From assembly GCA_964549615.1 (NCBI GenBank), contig CAZJVP010000048.1, positions 1-64,000 of the forward strand: 64,000 nt of DNA, written 5' to 3'. A program made the translations under genes and the position numbers. This document shows, one piece after another, positions 10,610 through 21,255 of this stretch. The notes below the pieces were generated by a model. That model had not been told where the DNA came from, made no database searches, and was given only the letters and a program-made list of their open reading frames with translations. Each line of letters opens with the position of its first letter. The stretch's first letter is position 1. This DNA comes from an uncultured Thermococci archaeon. Lineage in GTDB: Archaea; CAYQAE01; CAYVLA01.

Positions 10610-11468
10610 CGCGATTGCTCCTGAAGGCACCGACAACTTGACGCTGCCCAGCGCCGATGTCGGCGCGAGGGGCACGGGCTTCAACGTCCTCGTCATGCAG
10701 GGCGTCACGAAGGTCTACAACAGTGGACCAAATCGGGTGGAAGCACTCAAAGGAATCGACCTCACCGTCGCGCAGGGGACCATGGTTTCCATTATGGGGT
10801 CCTCGGGCTGTGGCAAGACAACGCTGCTCAACATCGCGGGTTGCCTGGACACGCCCACATCTGGGAGGGTCATCCTTGACGGGATCGACCTGGCAACGGT
10901 TCCCAGGCGCGACCTACCTACGATAAGGGCCCGCAAGGTCGGCTTCATCTTCCAGACCTTCAACCTCATGCCCATGCTGACGGTGCTAGAGAACGTTGAG
11001 CTTGCGATGGAGCGGGGGACGCTGCCCAAGAACGAGAGAAGGCAAAGGGCCATCCAGCTGCTCGAACAGGTGGGGCTGAGCGAAAGGGTCAACCACCGTC
11101 CCAACCAGCTCAGCTCCGGCGAACAGCAGAGAGTCGCCATAGCAAGGGCGCTAGCAAACAACCCCTCTCTGATACTGGCAGATGAACCTACGGGGAACCT
11201 CGATAGCAAGACCGGGCTGGGGATAATCAAGATCCTAAGGGGCCTCTGCGCCGACTCGGGGGCTACCATCCTTCTCGTCACGCACGACAGGACGATGGGT
11301 TCGCTGGGTGACAGGATGCTGTTCCTGCGAGACGGCAGGCTGCTGAAGGAGGAGAAGAAGGGAACGCTTGCTCCCGAGAGGGGCGAGAAGCCCCGCTGTC
11401 CAAGCTGCGGTAGGGAGATAGCAGCCGACTTTGTGGTCTGTCCGTACTGCGGCGCGAAGTTAGCATGA
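10602..11468 (+). CDS. LolD/MacB-type ABC ATPase with C-terminal zinc ribbon
   Basis: GSSGCGKTT, LSSGEQQRV, LADEPTGNLD; C-terminal CPSC...CPYC. Confidence 0.92.
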   Translation: MSSAIAPEGTDNLTLPSADVGARGTGFNVLVMQGVTKVYNSGPNRVEALKGIDLTVAQGTMVSIMGSSGCGKTTLLNIAGCLDTPTSGRVILDGIDLATVPRRDLPTIRARKVGFIFQTFNLMPMLTVLENVELAMERGTLPKNERRQRAIQLLEQVGLSERVNHRPNQLSSGEQQRVAIARALANNPSLILADEPTGNLDSKTGLGIIKILRGLCADSGATILLVTHDRTMGSLGDRMLFLRDGRLLKEEKKGTLAPERGEKPRCPSCGREIAADFVVCPYCGAKLA

Positions 11469-11490
11469 GATCTCGGGAAGGTGTGAAATC

Positions 11491-12516
11491 ATGAGTACAG
11501 CCCCAGAAGAGCCGCTCGTTCCAGCCGGCGGAATCCCAAGCACGCCCCAAAGTCCTCCGGGCGCCGGGATGGGGAAGAGAAGACGGGAGAACGCCCTTGC
11601 CGGTGTCGTCGTCGTCGCGCTCCTTCTGTCCGCCACGATGGGCGTGGCGCTTTACCAGGTACACAACAAGCTGAAATACGAGACCGAACAGACGGTGAAT
11701 CTCTCCCAGCAGTTGGCCGATGTGGAGGCGTCCCTTGCCAAGCAGGTGGACCAGAGCAATAGGTATGCAGCGCTGCTAGAGCAGTACCAACAGATAGTCC
11801 GCAGCTACCAAGAGAGGATTGCCGAGGCGAACCTCAGCATCAACATCACGACGCCGCTCATCAACCTCACGGCACCGACACATCTCTTGCTGAGCGAGGC
11901 CTCCTTGATCGCCCCGGCCGTAAGAACGGTCGGGTCCTTCCAGGTGAGCTACGAAGGTGTCGCGACAACGCTCAGCTTGGAAATCATTTCTGGCAAGGGC
12001 AGGGTCCTTGTAAGCACGAAGCCGCTCATGGGCGAGGTGTTTCAGGACACTGCGGTCTTGGCCAAGGAGACGGCGGAGCGCCTGACCGGCAAGAGCCTGG
12101 CCAACTGCGACCTCATCTTCTCGATAGAGGCGCCGGCAGAGATACCCGCCGTTGACGGCCCGAGTGCAGGCGCGGCGATGTGCCTGCTGGTGATGTCCCT
12201 GATCCAGGGCAAACAGCTCGCGCCTAATGTGGCCGTGACGGGGACGATCAAATCCGACGGGACGATCGGCGAGATCGGCGGCGTGTTGGAGAAGGCCAAA
12301 GCAGCCAAGGAGGCCGGCGCGAAGATCCTCCTGGTGTCCAAAGAGAACTCGCGCATGACGATCTACAAAGAAACGACGGTCACGAGAGGACGGTGGACGT
12401 ATCGCGTCAGCGTGCCCGTCCAAGTCTCGACAGAAGAGTACATCGAGGAAAATGTGGGGATAGATGTCGAGCTCGTGAGTAACGTGCAAGAGCTGCTTCG
12501 CCTCGCCGCCGCATAG
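11491..12516 (+). CDS. Membrane-anchored Lon-like (S16) protease lacking an AAA+ domain
   Basis: N-terminal TM and coiled coil; DGPSAG catalytic Ser; TGTI...IGGVLEK catalytic Lys. Confidence 0.85.
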   Translation: MSTAPEEPLVPAGGIPSTPQSPPGAGMGKRRRENALAGVVVVALLLSATMGVALYQVHNKLKYETEQTVNLSQQLADVEASLAKQVDQSNRYAALLEQYQQIVRSYQERIAEANLSINITTPLINLTAPTHLLLSEASLIAPAVRTVGSFQVSYEGVATTLSLEIISGKGRVLVSTKPLMGEVFQDTAVLAKETAERLTGKSLANCDLIFSIEAPAEIPAVDGPSAGAAMCLLVMSLIQGKQLAPNVAVTGTIKSDGTIGEIGGVLEKAKAAKEAGAKILLVSKENSRMTIYKETTVTRGRWTYRVSVPVQVSTEEYIEENVGIDVELVSNVQELLRLAAA

Positions 12517-12539
12517 CCCAAGAATAGGCAAGAGCAACC

Positions 12540-12974
12540 GTGCCGGAAAGCCATCCACGACTGGTGGCCGTACGAATGGGAAGGGGTAGCGAAACCGAAG
12601 AGGACTGCGTGCGACTCAAGGTGGGTTCGCGAAGATTGGAGGTGCGTAGAGCCCCCTCTTTCCCCGGCTCCGGCTTCGTCGGCTTTGCCGAGCTGTACCT
12701 CGACGGGAGGTACGAAGGCTATCTGGCCATACCGAAGGAGGGCGGGCCTAATGTGGTGATCTACGGGAGATCCCAACTCCCTAGAGCAAGAGCTCCTCTG
12801 GGTGAGGCTGCCGGAGATAAGGAGATCTCCCCCGCCCTCGAACGGGTGCAACCGACGGTCTCGGCGCCCGGTGCTGGGTCCCTGCCCATGCCACGGCACA
12901 GGGTCGTGGAAAGCGTGAAACGGATGCTGAGACGCCGGCGGTGGTTGCCGCGTCGACGACAAGGAGAGCCTTGA
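12540..12974 (+). CDS. Hypothetical protein
   Basis: ORF 23 nt downstream of the Lon-like gene; globular-looking core, basic tail. Confidence 0.45.
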   Translation: MPESHPRLVAVRMGRGSETEEDCVRLKVGSRRLEVRRAPSFPGSGFVGFAELYLDGRYEGYLAIPKEGGPNVVIYGRSQLPRARAPLGEAAGDKEISPALERVQPTVSAPGAGSLPMPRHRVVESVKRMLRRRRWLPRRRQGEP

Positions 12975-13275
12975 GCATCAGCATATCGAGATGATGCACG
13001 CCCAATCGAGGGGTGTCCCGTGCGTCTTTTGCCCGTCAGACTGGGGGAGATCCCCCGTACAGGGAAATGCTGTGGAGATCTACGAATCCGATCGGTTTCC
13101 GCGCGGAGCATCTTTCCAGGCCAGATATGAGACTTCAAAAAAGCGGCAGGTCTTTGTGTTCGGGCAACATGACCGAGCCTGTCTGGGACCACACACCGTG
13201 ACATGCTTTTCTGGTCAAGGACCACGATGGCTGGCTACCGACCATTTGCTTCTGGCGAAGCGTTAGAGGAACTTG

Positions 13276-13297
13276 AAGAAAAAAAGGCCCCGCCCTC
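13276..13297 (-). terminator. Oligo-T terminator
   Basis: GC tract followed by TTTTTTTCTT on the minus strand, downstream of 13363-13824. Confidence 0.45.
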
Positions 13298-13362
13298 CGA
13301 CCGCCCTCTCCGGGTTTTCCACGGGGGTCTACGCGCAGCCGGGCGGGGCGCCATATTGCCCA

Positions 13363-13824
13363 TCAGGGCTCCTCGGCCGAAGGCTCCTCTGGCGGTACTT
13401 CGCCCGCCCACCGGCCGCAGCATCCCCAGCGCATGCGCGGGCCTCCGAAGGGCCTACACGGCATGCAGGGCATCCCTGAGCTCTGCCTAAGGGCTTCCAT
13501 CTTGGGCCCAACTATCTCGCGTATCTGGTCCATCTTGTCCTTCAACTGCTGGCGAAGATCGTTGGCTTCCTGGGCGAGCTGCTTGACCGTCGCGGTCTCC
13601 TCCTCAGTGAGGTCGAGCTTGGTCGCCATTTCGTCTATCGCGTCGCTGTCGCCGAGATCGAAGCAGCGCATCCACCGGCCCAATCTCCACCCGATCTGAT
13701 TGCACGTCTGGTCAGTCGTCGCATCCGACCCGTCGCTGGTTGCGGCAAGAACCGCCAGCGGGACGATGGTCGCCAGGGCTGCCATGCAGATAATGCCAAC
13801 TCCGAGTTTTCCGGAAATCCTCAG
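13363..13824 (-). CDS. Exported helical protein, weakly Spy/CpxP-like; probable CTG start
   Basis: Signal peptide, LDLTEEE helical hairpin, Cys/Met-rich tail; GGAGGTGA 6 nt before an in-frame CTG at 13824. Confidence 0.6.
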   Translation of the reverse strand: MRISGKLGVGIICMAALATIVPLAVLAATSDGSDATTDQTCNQIGWRLGRWMRCFDLGDSDAIDEMATKLDLTEEETATVKQLAQEANDLRQQLKDKMDQIREIVGPKMEALRQSSGMPCMPCRPFGGPRMRWGCCGRWAGEVPPEEPSAEEP

Positions 13825-14062
13825 CGCTTATCACCTCCGATCACTCCGGGATTGGAACTCTTGATCTGTGTTCGTCGATACGCTGCGGAACAAGCCGTTC
13901 CAGCGGTCTGGCCGGACGGATTCGGGCAGAGCGGGCGCGCGAACCGCCCAGTGGCATCGGATGAGATCCCCCAGTTCCTTCTCGTCGGCCTCGGATGCGG
14001 CAAATGCGCGGCATAAGCAGTTTTATCCCATGGATTCCCGCTGCGGGAGCGGAGGCCAATCC

Positions 14063-16846
14063 ATGCGGAATCTGCCATCATGCGCGATCATTGCGATCAT
14101 GGCCTCATCCTTACTCGTGTCGATCGCCGGCTTGAACGCGGACTGGCCGATGTGGAGGCACGACCGCGAGAACTCGGGTCACTCCCCCCTGCCCGGCAAC
14201 ATGAACACGGCGCCCCAGGTTCTGTGGACGTACTTCGTGGGAGGCTACGCAAGCCAAGCGCTGGGGGTGGACCTAGACGGTGATGGGATGGAGGAGGTGG
14301 TCTATCTCACGGCAGGCAAGCTGAAGGCTGCCAAGACAGGCGGGGAGGAGATCTGGTCAACCCCACCTCTGGGGCTATCCAGCATCCTGGCGGTCGAGGA
14401 CATCGGAGCAGACGGGTCGGTGGAGATAGTGGCATGCGTGTACTCGCCCTCGGCAATAGTCCTGATAGATTCCGAGACCGGGGGTCTTGTGTGGAACTAC
14501 AGCTTCCCCTCGCCATCGTCCGGGATCGGTCGCTACTCTTTCAAGGCCGCCGATATCTCGCCGCAGATGCCCGGCCCTGAACTCATCGTCTGGCCCTATA
14601 AGAGCGAGATCGGCTATGCCTTTGGCTTCCCGGCTGATGCAGCAAGCGGCCAGCTTCTGTGGACGGCGGAGGCGCCGGAGACTAGGAACTATCCACCCCC
14701 GATAGCGGTCGCCGACCTGGACCTGGACGGCTCCATGGAAGTCTTCTTGGCAACGTTCGAGAGGATCTACTCCTTCGACGGGCTCACAGGTAGGCAGGAG
14801 ATGCTTGCCTACTCACCCGGCATAAACAGGAACTATGGCACCATGGTCGCGACGAACCTGGACGAGGATCCCTACCCTGAGATCGCCCTCTTGGCGCCGA
14901 ACCTCAACGAGCATCTCTGGATCGTGGACAATGACGGCTCGCGTCTGACCCAGATCTGGGACAGGTTCTTCGAGTACTCCTACCCGGATGACCTCGTGGA
15001 GATCAAGGTGACGGTCGACTCCGTGTCGGACGTCGATGGTGACGGCCGCAAGGAAATCGTCTTCTCCTTCTTCAACCAATCAGCGGATGCCAGATGGCAC
15101 ACCCTCATTTGGGATGCCCTTACGGCTGCACAGGAAGGTGACCTCCTGGACGAGTACCTTCTGGCTGTGGCCGACATAGATGGTGACGGAACAGACGAAG
15201 TCATCACCAGCGAGCAGCACCAGAGATCCACCCTCTATTACTCCAACATCAGCATACGCAGCCTCGATTCGGGGGAAAAGATCATCCTCAGAAACACGGG
15301 ATTGGTCATGGACTACTGGGCGGCTTACCCGCTTGGGACGAACACGATAGCCAACGGCGAGAGATGGATGGAAGGCGAGCATGGCTATGCGATATGGGCC
15401 AACGGCTCACTCGGTTTCCTGAAGCTTGTCAACGGTGTGCCCCGGATCAGATGGGTGGTGCGGCAACCATCGGTGGGATTGACCATCCTGGGGACCTATT
15501 CTGGAACGGGGGTGCTGGCGAGCGGGAACGATGGCTGGCTCAGAGCTTACGATGAGTCGGGAGATGTCGTCGGAATGTTCAGGACCGGCGGCTTCCTCTC
15601 GAGCCTCGTGGCAGCCGACCTTGACGGCGACGGCAAGGTGGAGGTCATAGCGAAGAATAGCCAAGGAAAGCACGTCGTCCTTGAATGGAACGGCTCACAA
15701 TCGGGCGAGATCAGGGGCGCGCCCAGGTACGCCAAATTCGGCAAGGACGGATCGTTCGTCGTATGGGACATGGACGGCAACGGGCAGCCGGAGATCCTGG
15801 TCGGGGAACCGAATGCCCTGGGCGTCCTGGATGGGTCCGGGACCCTTCTGGAGAGCTACTCCCTTCCCTCAAATCCGTACGACTGGATGGTGGCGAACAT
15901 CACGGCAGACTCACACTGGGATCTGTTCGTCTGCTGCCTTGGGACGGGCAGCCACACGGCCTACACGCTTGCGATAGACGGCGCCTCCGGTCGGGTGTTG
16001 TGGACCAAGCAATACGGCACTTACGCAGGCTTCATGAGCGTGATGGATTACGACGGGAACGGGCTGGACGACCTTGTGATGCGCGAACACTTCGACTTCT
16101 ACATCATACTAGGGCCGACCGGCGAGGAACGCAAGGGGACCTCCATCTGCGGCTACCACGCCCCCATCCTGACGGACATCGAAGACGACGGCCGCGTGGA
16201 GATCGTCTGGGGCGGCGGTTGGGGCAGCCTAGCGGTGGACCGCAAGTACGATTGGGTGATCGCAAACGTGACCTTCACCTATACGGCGCAGGTCTGGGTG
16301 AAGCTCTTCGGCGGCGGGGACAGCGACGAGATATACGGCAAGATGCCCGCGGTTGCGGACGTGGATGGCGACGGCATCAAGGAGGTTGGAATTGGGAACC
16401 GGAACGGCACCTTCCATTGCTTCGACGGATCCAGCGGCAGGCTTGAGTGGAACTTCGCAGTGGGCTCGTCTTCGTCGGATGTCCACAGCTGCGACATCGA
16501 CGGCGATGGGCTTGCAGAATTCCTCTTCGGCACCGGGGACGGGAGGCTCATCTCGCTGGGACGCGACGGGATCGAGTGGGAAATGTACTTCGGGGACACA
16601 GTGGGAGAGCCGATCCTGTGCGACCTCGATGGAGACATGAGATCCGACATCCTCGTTCCGGTCATGGATGGGTACGTGTACGCGCTCCACATACCGGAGC
16701 GGGTTCTGAGTTCGATTTCGACGGGGCTCTTCGCGTTCGGATTTCTCAGGATACGCAAGCGCTCCCATGACAAGGGCGTCCATGCCTCAATCCATGAAGG
16801 TGGAAGTGAACATGTTTGTCCTATCGGGTGGCCTTCCTTCCCCTGA
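14063..16846 (+). CDS. Large secreted FG-GAP/PQQ-repeat protein with C-terminal IPE-TM-basic tail
   Basis: Signal peptide, WPMWRHD..NSG, more than 10 DxDGDG loops, ends HIPERVLSSISTGLFAFGFLRIRKR; start refined to ATG 14063. Confidence 0.85.
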   Translation: MRNLPSCAIIAIMASSLLVSIAGLNADWPMWRHDRENSGHSPLPGNMNTAPQVLWTYFVGGYASQALGVDLDGDGMEEVVYLTAGKLKAAKTGGEEIWSTPPLGLSSILAVEDIGADGSVEIVACVYSPSAIVLIDSETGGLVWNYSFPSPSSGIGRYSFKAADISPQMPGPELIVWPYKSEIGYAFGFPADAASGQLLWTAEAPETRNYPPPIAVADLDLDGSMEVFLATFERIYSFDGLTGRQEMLAYSPGINRNYGTMVATNLDEDPYPEIALLAPNLNEHLWIVDNDGSRLTQIWDRFFEYSYPDDLVEIKVTVDSVSDVDGDGRKEIVFSFFNQSADARWHTLIWDALTAAQEGDLLDEYLLAVADIDGDGTDEVITSEQHQRSTLYYSNISIRSLDSGEKIILRNTGLVMDYWAAYPLGTNTIANGERWMEGEHGYAIWANGSLGFLKLVNGVPRIRWVVRQPSVGLTILGTYSGTGVLASGNDGWLRAYDESGDVVGMFRTGGFLSSLVAADLDGDGKVEVIAKNSQGKHVVLEWNGSQSGEIRGAPRYAKFGKDGSFVVWDMDGNGQPEILVGEPNALGVLDGSGTLLESYSLPSNPYDWMVANITADSHWDLFVCCLGTGSHTAYTLAIDGASGRVLWTKQYGTYAGFMSVMDYDGNGLDDLVMREHFDFYIILGPTGEERKGTSICGYHAPILTDIEDDGRVEIVWGGGWGSLAVDRKYDWVIANVTFTYTAQVWVKLFGGGDSDEIYGKMPAVADVDGDGIKEVGIGNRNGTFHCFDGSSGRLEWNFAVGSSSSDVHSCDIDGDGLAEFLFGTGDGRLISLGRDGIEWEMYFGDTVGEPILCDLDGDMRSDILVPVMDGYVYALHIPERVLSSISTGLFAFGFLRIRKRSHDKGVHASIHEGGSEHVCPIGWPSFP

Positions 16847-17255
16847 GATATTCTCCCACATGCCTAGCGAACTCATCGAAGTCCTTCAGTTCTTTCACCA
16901 AGTACCCGTGTAGCCTCTCCACGTCGACATCGGCATAGGCATGAACCAGCAGGTTTCTGAAGCTGGCCGCCGGGGCGAACCTCCTAGCAAATCTCGCGGG
17001 AAGGACGCCCTCCCGGCCCAACGTTAGGATCGCTCCCCGATAGTCCTCGGGCTTCTCAAACCCTTCCTCCGAGATGATGACCTCCGCGATGTCCAGAGCG
17101 GCCTCTATCGCGACCTGGAAGTTGCGTTCGATTGCGCTCCTTAACTCGTAGTTATCTTTGAGCTGTCCCACCGTCACATTCTGTTTGCCTCGAAGGTAAT
17201 CAATGCACCTTTTCATCGACATGAGCTTCCTAGCTACTGTCTCGCCCGCCTCCAT
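16821..17255 (-). CDS. HEPN/DUF86 (HepT-like) RNase toxin
   Basis: FRNLLVHAY matches the R-x4-H-x-Y motif; directly downstream of the MNT gene. Confidence 0.9.
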   Translation of the reverse strand: MEAGETVARKLMSMKRCIDYLRGKQNVTVGQLKDNYELRSAIERNFQVAIEAALDIAEVIISEEGFEKPEDYRGAILTLGREGVLPARFARRFAPAASFRNLLVHAYADVDVERLHGYLVKELKDFDEFARHVGEYLRGRKATR

Positions 17256-17259
17256 GGGA

Positions 17260-17673
17260 TCACTCCAATCCCTTCTCGGACACCCTCCTCAGAAACGCGT
17301 CCACGGCCCGTTTCTCATAGTATCTCCTGTCCAGATACAACGACATTATCCGATGCTCGACCTCGACCTTCCTCGAGGCATCCCTGACGAAGACCGGCTT
17401 GAACCTGATTATCTCATAGTTCAAGCTGGGGCTGGCGTCGTTCATGACAACCAAGTCCACCTTGTCGGTCTTGAGCAGCGATGCGATCTCCGACATCAGC
17501 CTCAGCCGCATCTTGAACCTTTCATCGCCTGAAAGCGATTCGTCCAGGTACACCGCGATGTCGACATCGCTCAGCTTGCCCCCCTCGCCACGTGCTTGCG
17601 ACCCGAAGATGTAAGCGAGCTGGACCTGTTTGTGTCGCCGGGCGAATTCCCTTATCTGCTCCTCGAACTCCAT
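17260..17673 (-). CDS. Minimal nucleotidyltransferase (MntA-like antitoxin)
   Basis: FGSQARG...SDVDIAV (GS-x10-DxD) and VDLV. Confidence 0.9.
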   Translation of the reverse strand: MEFEEQIREFARRHKQVQLAYIFGSQARGEGGKLSDVDIAVYLDESLSGDERFKMRLRLMSEIASLLKTDKVDLVVMNDASPSLNYEIIRFKPVFVRDASRKVEVEHRIMSLYLDRRYYEKRAVDAFLRRVSEKGLE

Positions 17674-17983
17674 GCCGAATCCGCGTATGGATCTAGCGTA
17701 CCCGAGTATTAACTTTACCCATCACGAGATTAGTGAGCTGGGAAGAGCGGCGCATTGGCAGAATACAGGTGTGCCGAGCCCCGTTTGGTTCAGGTCGGAT
17801 CCGACGGCAATGTAGCCAAGTAGCACCGTGTTGAACAGCCTAGCCTGGGATGCGATACGTCAGAGGGAAGGTGGACTCCAGGGACCGATGCGTATGGCTC
17901 TTGCCGGCCCAACCTGCTATCAGTGTCTTATTCGCCCAGCTGTCCCCGTGCCCAGTCTAGGTCGAAGCTGGACTGCCGCGGAT

Positions 17984-19639
17984 TCAGACAGCCTGCCGCC
18001 TGCGAGAGGAGAGGGAACTCCTGATTCTTCCGCCGATCCTGGGGAAGGGTGCCAACGGCCGTCTGAAGGTAACGGCATTCAACCTGCCCCCGTTGATGTC
18101 CTCCACCATCTTCCTCAGGTCCCAGCCGTATTGGCGCTCGCAGACGCTGACTGCCCGAAGCCCAATCCTAGTTCCGAGCTCTACCAGGAGGCGGACGCCG
18201 ACCTTGGAGGTCGGGCCTGAGAGGCGTCGGATCATCTGGGGCCCGAGGATGTATGGGACCGATCTGAGGGTGTGAAGCCAGCACTTCATGAACAACTCCC
18301 CGTGGAGGGGGGTTAGATCGGCGAGGCGGAAGGAACCCCTTCCCCGGTTGTTTATGTCGACGTAGAAGAGGGGCACCAGAAGGCCGATATGCCCCTTCAG
18401 GCTCTCCACGAGCTCCAGCGTGAGCTCGATGTCCTGCGGCGTCTCGCCCGGCAACCCAACAATCAGCGTCGCGCACGCCAGCCATCGATGCTCGGAAAGA
18501 AGGTCAAAGCATCTCCGCACCATATCGGGCCATTCCTCGCTGCGGAACGGCTTCGGCTTGCCGGGAAGGAACTCCCTGATCAATCTCGGACTCCCAGTCT
18601 CGATTCCGACCTGTCCACTCACGATGAAGCGTGACTTGAGCTCGTCGCCCCTGCCCTCCCTCTCCTTCGCGTCTCGTATCTTCTCGTTGATCTCCTCCAG
18701 AAGCGAATCAGCCTGCACGATCGATGAAACTGAGAAGTGGCTAACGGCTAGGTCATGAACGCCGGGGATCGACAGCACCGCGCCAAGAAGCTCCTTTATC
18801 CGTTCAGGACTTATGCGGGATCCACGGGAGCCATATGCGAGCACATCCTCGGAGTGAAGTATCGGCTGTTGGCCGGCCCTGAGGTTGAGAGAGACCTCGG
18901 CCACTATCTTCTCAAGGGGGATGCTCCGAAGCCTCCTCATCGCCGGGATGCAGAAACGACACCCCCTCCCGCATCCCCTCGCCACTTCGACGAGCCCTGC
19001 GACTGAGGGCTGAGCTATGATCGGTATCTCCTCGGCGAGCACATACTGGCCTTCGACCACCCTTGGCGCCGACCTACCTTGCACCAAGTCGCCGAAGAGC
19101 TTTGGGACGACCTTCTCGCCCTCCCCCACCACCACATGGTCTATCCCCAGATCGTCCATCGTTTCCTCGTCGGCAAGCTGCCAAGCCCCCGGTCCTCCCA
19201 ACACGATCTTCGCGTCCGTGCTCCCTCTTATGGTCTCCAGAAGTGCCCTAAGATTGTGCTCCATGTAGGAGACCCCGCCCATGAGTTCCCTGAACGTGGA
19301 GGTGGCCGGGCCGATGCCCAAGGGGTCGTTCGCCGTCAGCCCCACGACGAGCGTCTTTGGCCCCAAAAGTTCGCTCAGATGCATGGGATGCGCGACGATC
19401 ACGTCATCTCTATGAAACCCAGAGACCAGCAGGCTCGCCTCAACCTTCCTCAGACCGTACGGGGCAAACCTAGCCGAGCCGTCGGCGTTCGCGTCCACAA
19501 TGGGACAGAGCAAGCTGTAGTACACCCAATCCGGGAGCCTGCCGCGCGGCAGCGTGGCCGCGAAACCAAGGAAAAGGTGGCTGTGGTAGCTGCTCATCAG
19601 GGTCCTTTCCGATGTCAGGACGATCTTTCTCTCAACCAT
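17984..19639 (-). CDS. Radical SAM protein with B12-binding-like N-terminal domain
   Basis: APYGLRKVEA, VLGGPG, VGEGE, EVARGCGRGCRFC (CxxxCxxC), GIETGS, IVGLPGET. Confidence 0.88.
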   Translation of the reverse strand: MVERKIVLTSERTLMSSYHSHLFLGFAATLPRGRLPDWVYYSLLCPIVDANADGSARFAPYGLRKVEASLLVSGFHRDDVIVAHPMHLSELLGPKTLVVGLTANDPLGIGPATSTFRELMGGVSYMEHNLRALLETIRGSTDAKIVLGGPGAWQLADEETMDDLGIDHVVVGEGEKVVPKLFGDLVQGRSAPRVVEGQYVLAEEIPIIAQPSVAGLVEVARGCGRGCRFCIPAMRRLRSIPLEKIVAEVSLNLRAGQQPILHSEDVLAYGSRGSRISPERIKELLGAVLSIPGVHDLAVSHFSVSSIVQADSLLEEINEKIRDAKEREGRGDELKSRFIVSGQVGIETGSPRLIREFLPGKPKPFRSEEWPDMVRRCFDLLSEHRWLACATLIVGLPGETPQDIELTLELVESLKGHIGLLVPLFYVDINNRGRGSFRLADLTPLHGELFMKCWLHTLRSVPYILGPQMIRRLSGPTSKVGVRLLVELGTRIGLRAVSVCERQYGWDLRKMVEDINGGRLNAVTFRRPLAPFPRIGGRIRSSLSSRRRQAV

Positions 19640-19995
19640 CCTGCCAGCCCCCGTAGCCGAATTCTATGAGTAAGCCAGACTCAAGTCATCCAGCTAGCGT
19701 GCCACCGGCCTGCGTCCCGGGATGGGCGATCCCCCTCATATTTTTTTCGATACGCAAGGCAAATGACGCAAAGAGACACCGGCCCATCGAACCCCAACAA
19801 GACCTTCGAGACAAGGATCCACGAGGACCTTCGGATGCCAAGGACGGCCCGGCCAAGGTGGAGGGGATGGAAGGACAACCACCGCCCGTAAATCCCTGTC
19901 GGGCGGCCCATCAAGTCTCAGGCGTTGCCAGCTGCTTCACTCCTAGGACGTAGGAAAATAGATATCTGTCATCGCGGACCCGTATACAGTCCGGG

Positions 19996-21255
19996 GTGGC
20001 GATGGAACTGCGAATCCCCTGCGGATCTCGCCGGAATCGGATGGTCCTAGGTATTCTAGCGGCAGTTCTTCTGCTCGGTCTGCTGGGAGTCTTGCCGATC
20101 AAGCTCAAAACCCCTCATGTTCTTAGCGGACTGCCCAGCGCCGTGATACTCACCGAATGGGGTGAGCGAGAAGAAGAGCTTGTCTGGGAGCAGCACAATC
20201 CTACCGGTCGCTGGGAGGAGGGCTTGTGGAAGACGACGCTTCCGTTCTGGATGAATGCGATTGGAGCTGTAGAGGTGGCCCGGATGCAAGGAATGCCCGT
20301 CGTAGGCTGCTGGCTCTCTGGGATGGGGGAGAGGGGCCCGACCCTTGTCCATGTGGACTTGGTGAACAACAAGAAGTACACCTTGGACGTGAAGAAGGCT
20401 ACGGGCATCAACGAGGTGAAGAGCATGGCGGCGAACTGGACCGGGGAGGTGTGCGTGGGAGGACTGGAGGGAATGGGATGGTTCCACAACGACAGCTTCA
20501 CCTGGACCTTCTACCCGGTGGGGAGCCGTGGCATCCCTGGCCCCGTGACGATGCTTCACTTCGACCGTGAGGGCAAGCTCTGGGCAGGTGGCTATGTCTA
20601 CCCGGGCGACGACGAGGCCAAGCCTACCGAGGGTTGGATCTCCGTCTACGATGGAAAGACTTGGAAGACCTGGACCGAGTGGCTACTCTACCCGTACGGC
20701 AAAAGAAACAAAGTGCCTCTTCCGCCTGTCTGGGACGTCGCGTTCAAAGAGGAGGTCCCCATCATCGCCACCGATAGGGGGCTGGCTTTCTACGACTCTG
20801 GAGAGGGAGAGATTCACGCCATAGAGCCGGGCCGGGGTCCTCCCGTCGCGGGGATCGAGGTGGCTGATACCCCGATTGTCAAGATCTTCTACGATGAGGC
20901 GGGGAGCCCATGGCTGATAGGCGGTGATCCCGTGCGGGGCGGGCGTTACCTATCCTACGTCTCCGGCTCTCGCACTAGGAGGGTATCCTTCGCACCGACC
21001 GACAACCCTCGATGGATTCACTTTGGCCTAGGCCGGATATGGGTGGTTGCAGACCAGAACATCTTCCTCTGCAACAAGTCGATGTACGGCGAAGATGTCT
21101 GGAAGAATGGGTACATAGGAGGTGGACCCCACGGCTTCCTGTTTGACAGGGAGGGCAAGGTGTACTTCACCGGCAGGCTGGGTCTTTTCCGTTTCGACTT
21201 CGAAACCTATGGTGACATGTACTTCTGGATCTACGAGGTCGAGCACGTAGCATAG
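19996..21255 (+). CDS. N-terminally anchored beta-propeller protein (Reg_prop-like repeats)
   Basis: N-terminal TM; repeats FDREGKLWAG, IATDRGLAFYD, FDREGKVYF; start uncertain. Confidence 0.7.
   Translation: MAMELRIPCGSRRNRMVLGILAAVLLLGLLGVLPIKLKTPHVLSGLPSAVILTEWGEREEELVWEQHNPTGRWEEGLWKTTLPFWMNAIGAVEVARMQGMPVVGCWLSGMGERGPTLVHVDLVNNKKYTLDVKKATGINEVKSMAANWTGEVCVGGLEGMGWFHNDSFTWTFYPVGSRGIPGPVTMLHFDREGKLWAGGYVYPGDDEAKPTEGWISVYDGKTWKTWTEWLLYPYGKRNKVPLPPVWDVAFKEEVPIIATDRGLAFYDSGEGEIHAIEPGRGPPVAGIEVADTPIVKIFYDEAGSPWLIGGDPVRGGRYLSYVSGSRTRRVSFAPTDNPRWIHFGLGRIWVVADQNIFLCNKSMYGEDVWKNGYIGGGPHGFLFDREGKVYFTGRLGLFRFDFETYGDMYFWIYEVEHVA

Noticed and set aside
17697-17724. GTGATGGGTAA (minus strand) matching one arm of the dif-like sites
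   Set aside because: The second arm is absent; the sequence is better explained as the BRE/TATA of the MNT-HEPN operon.
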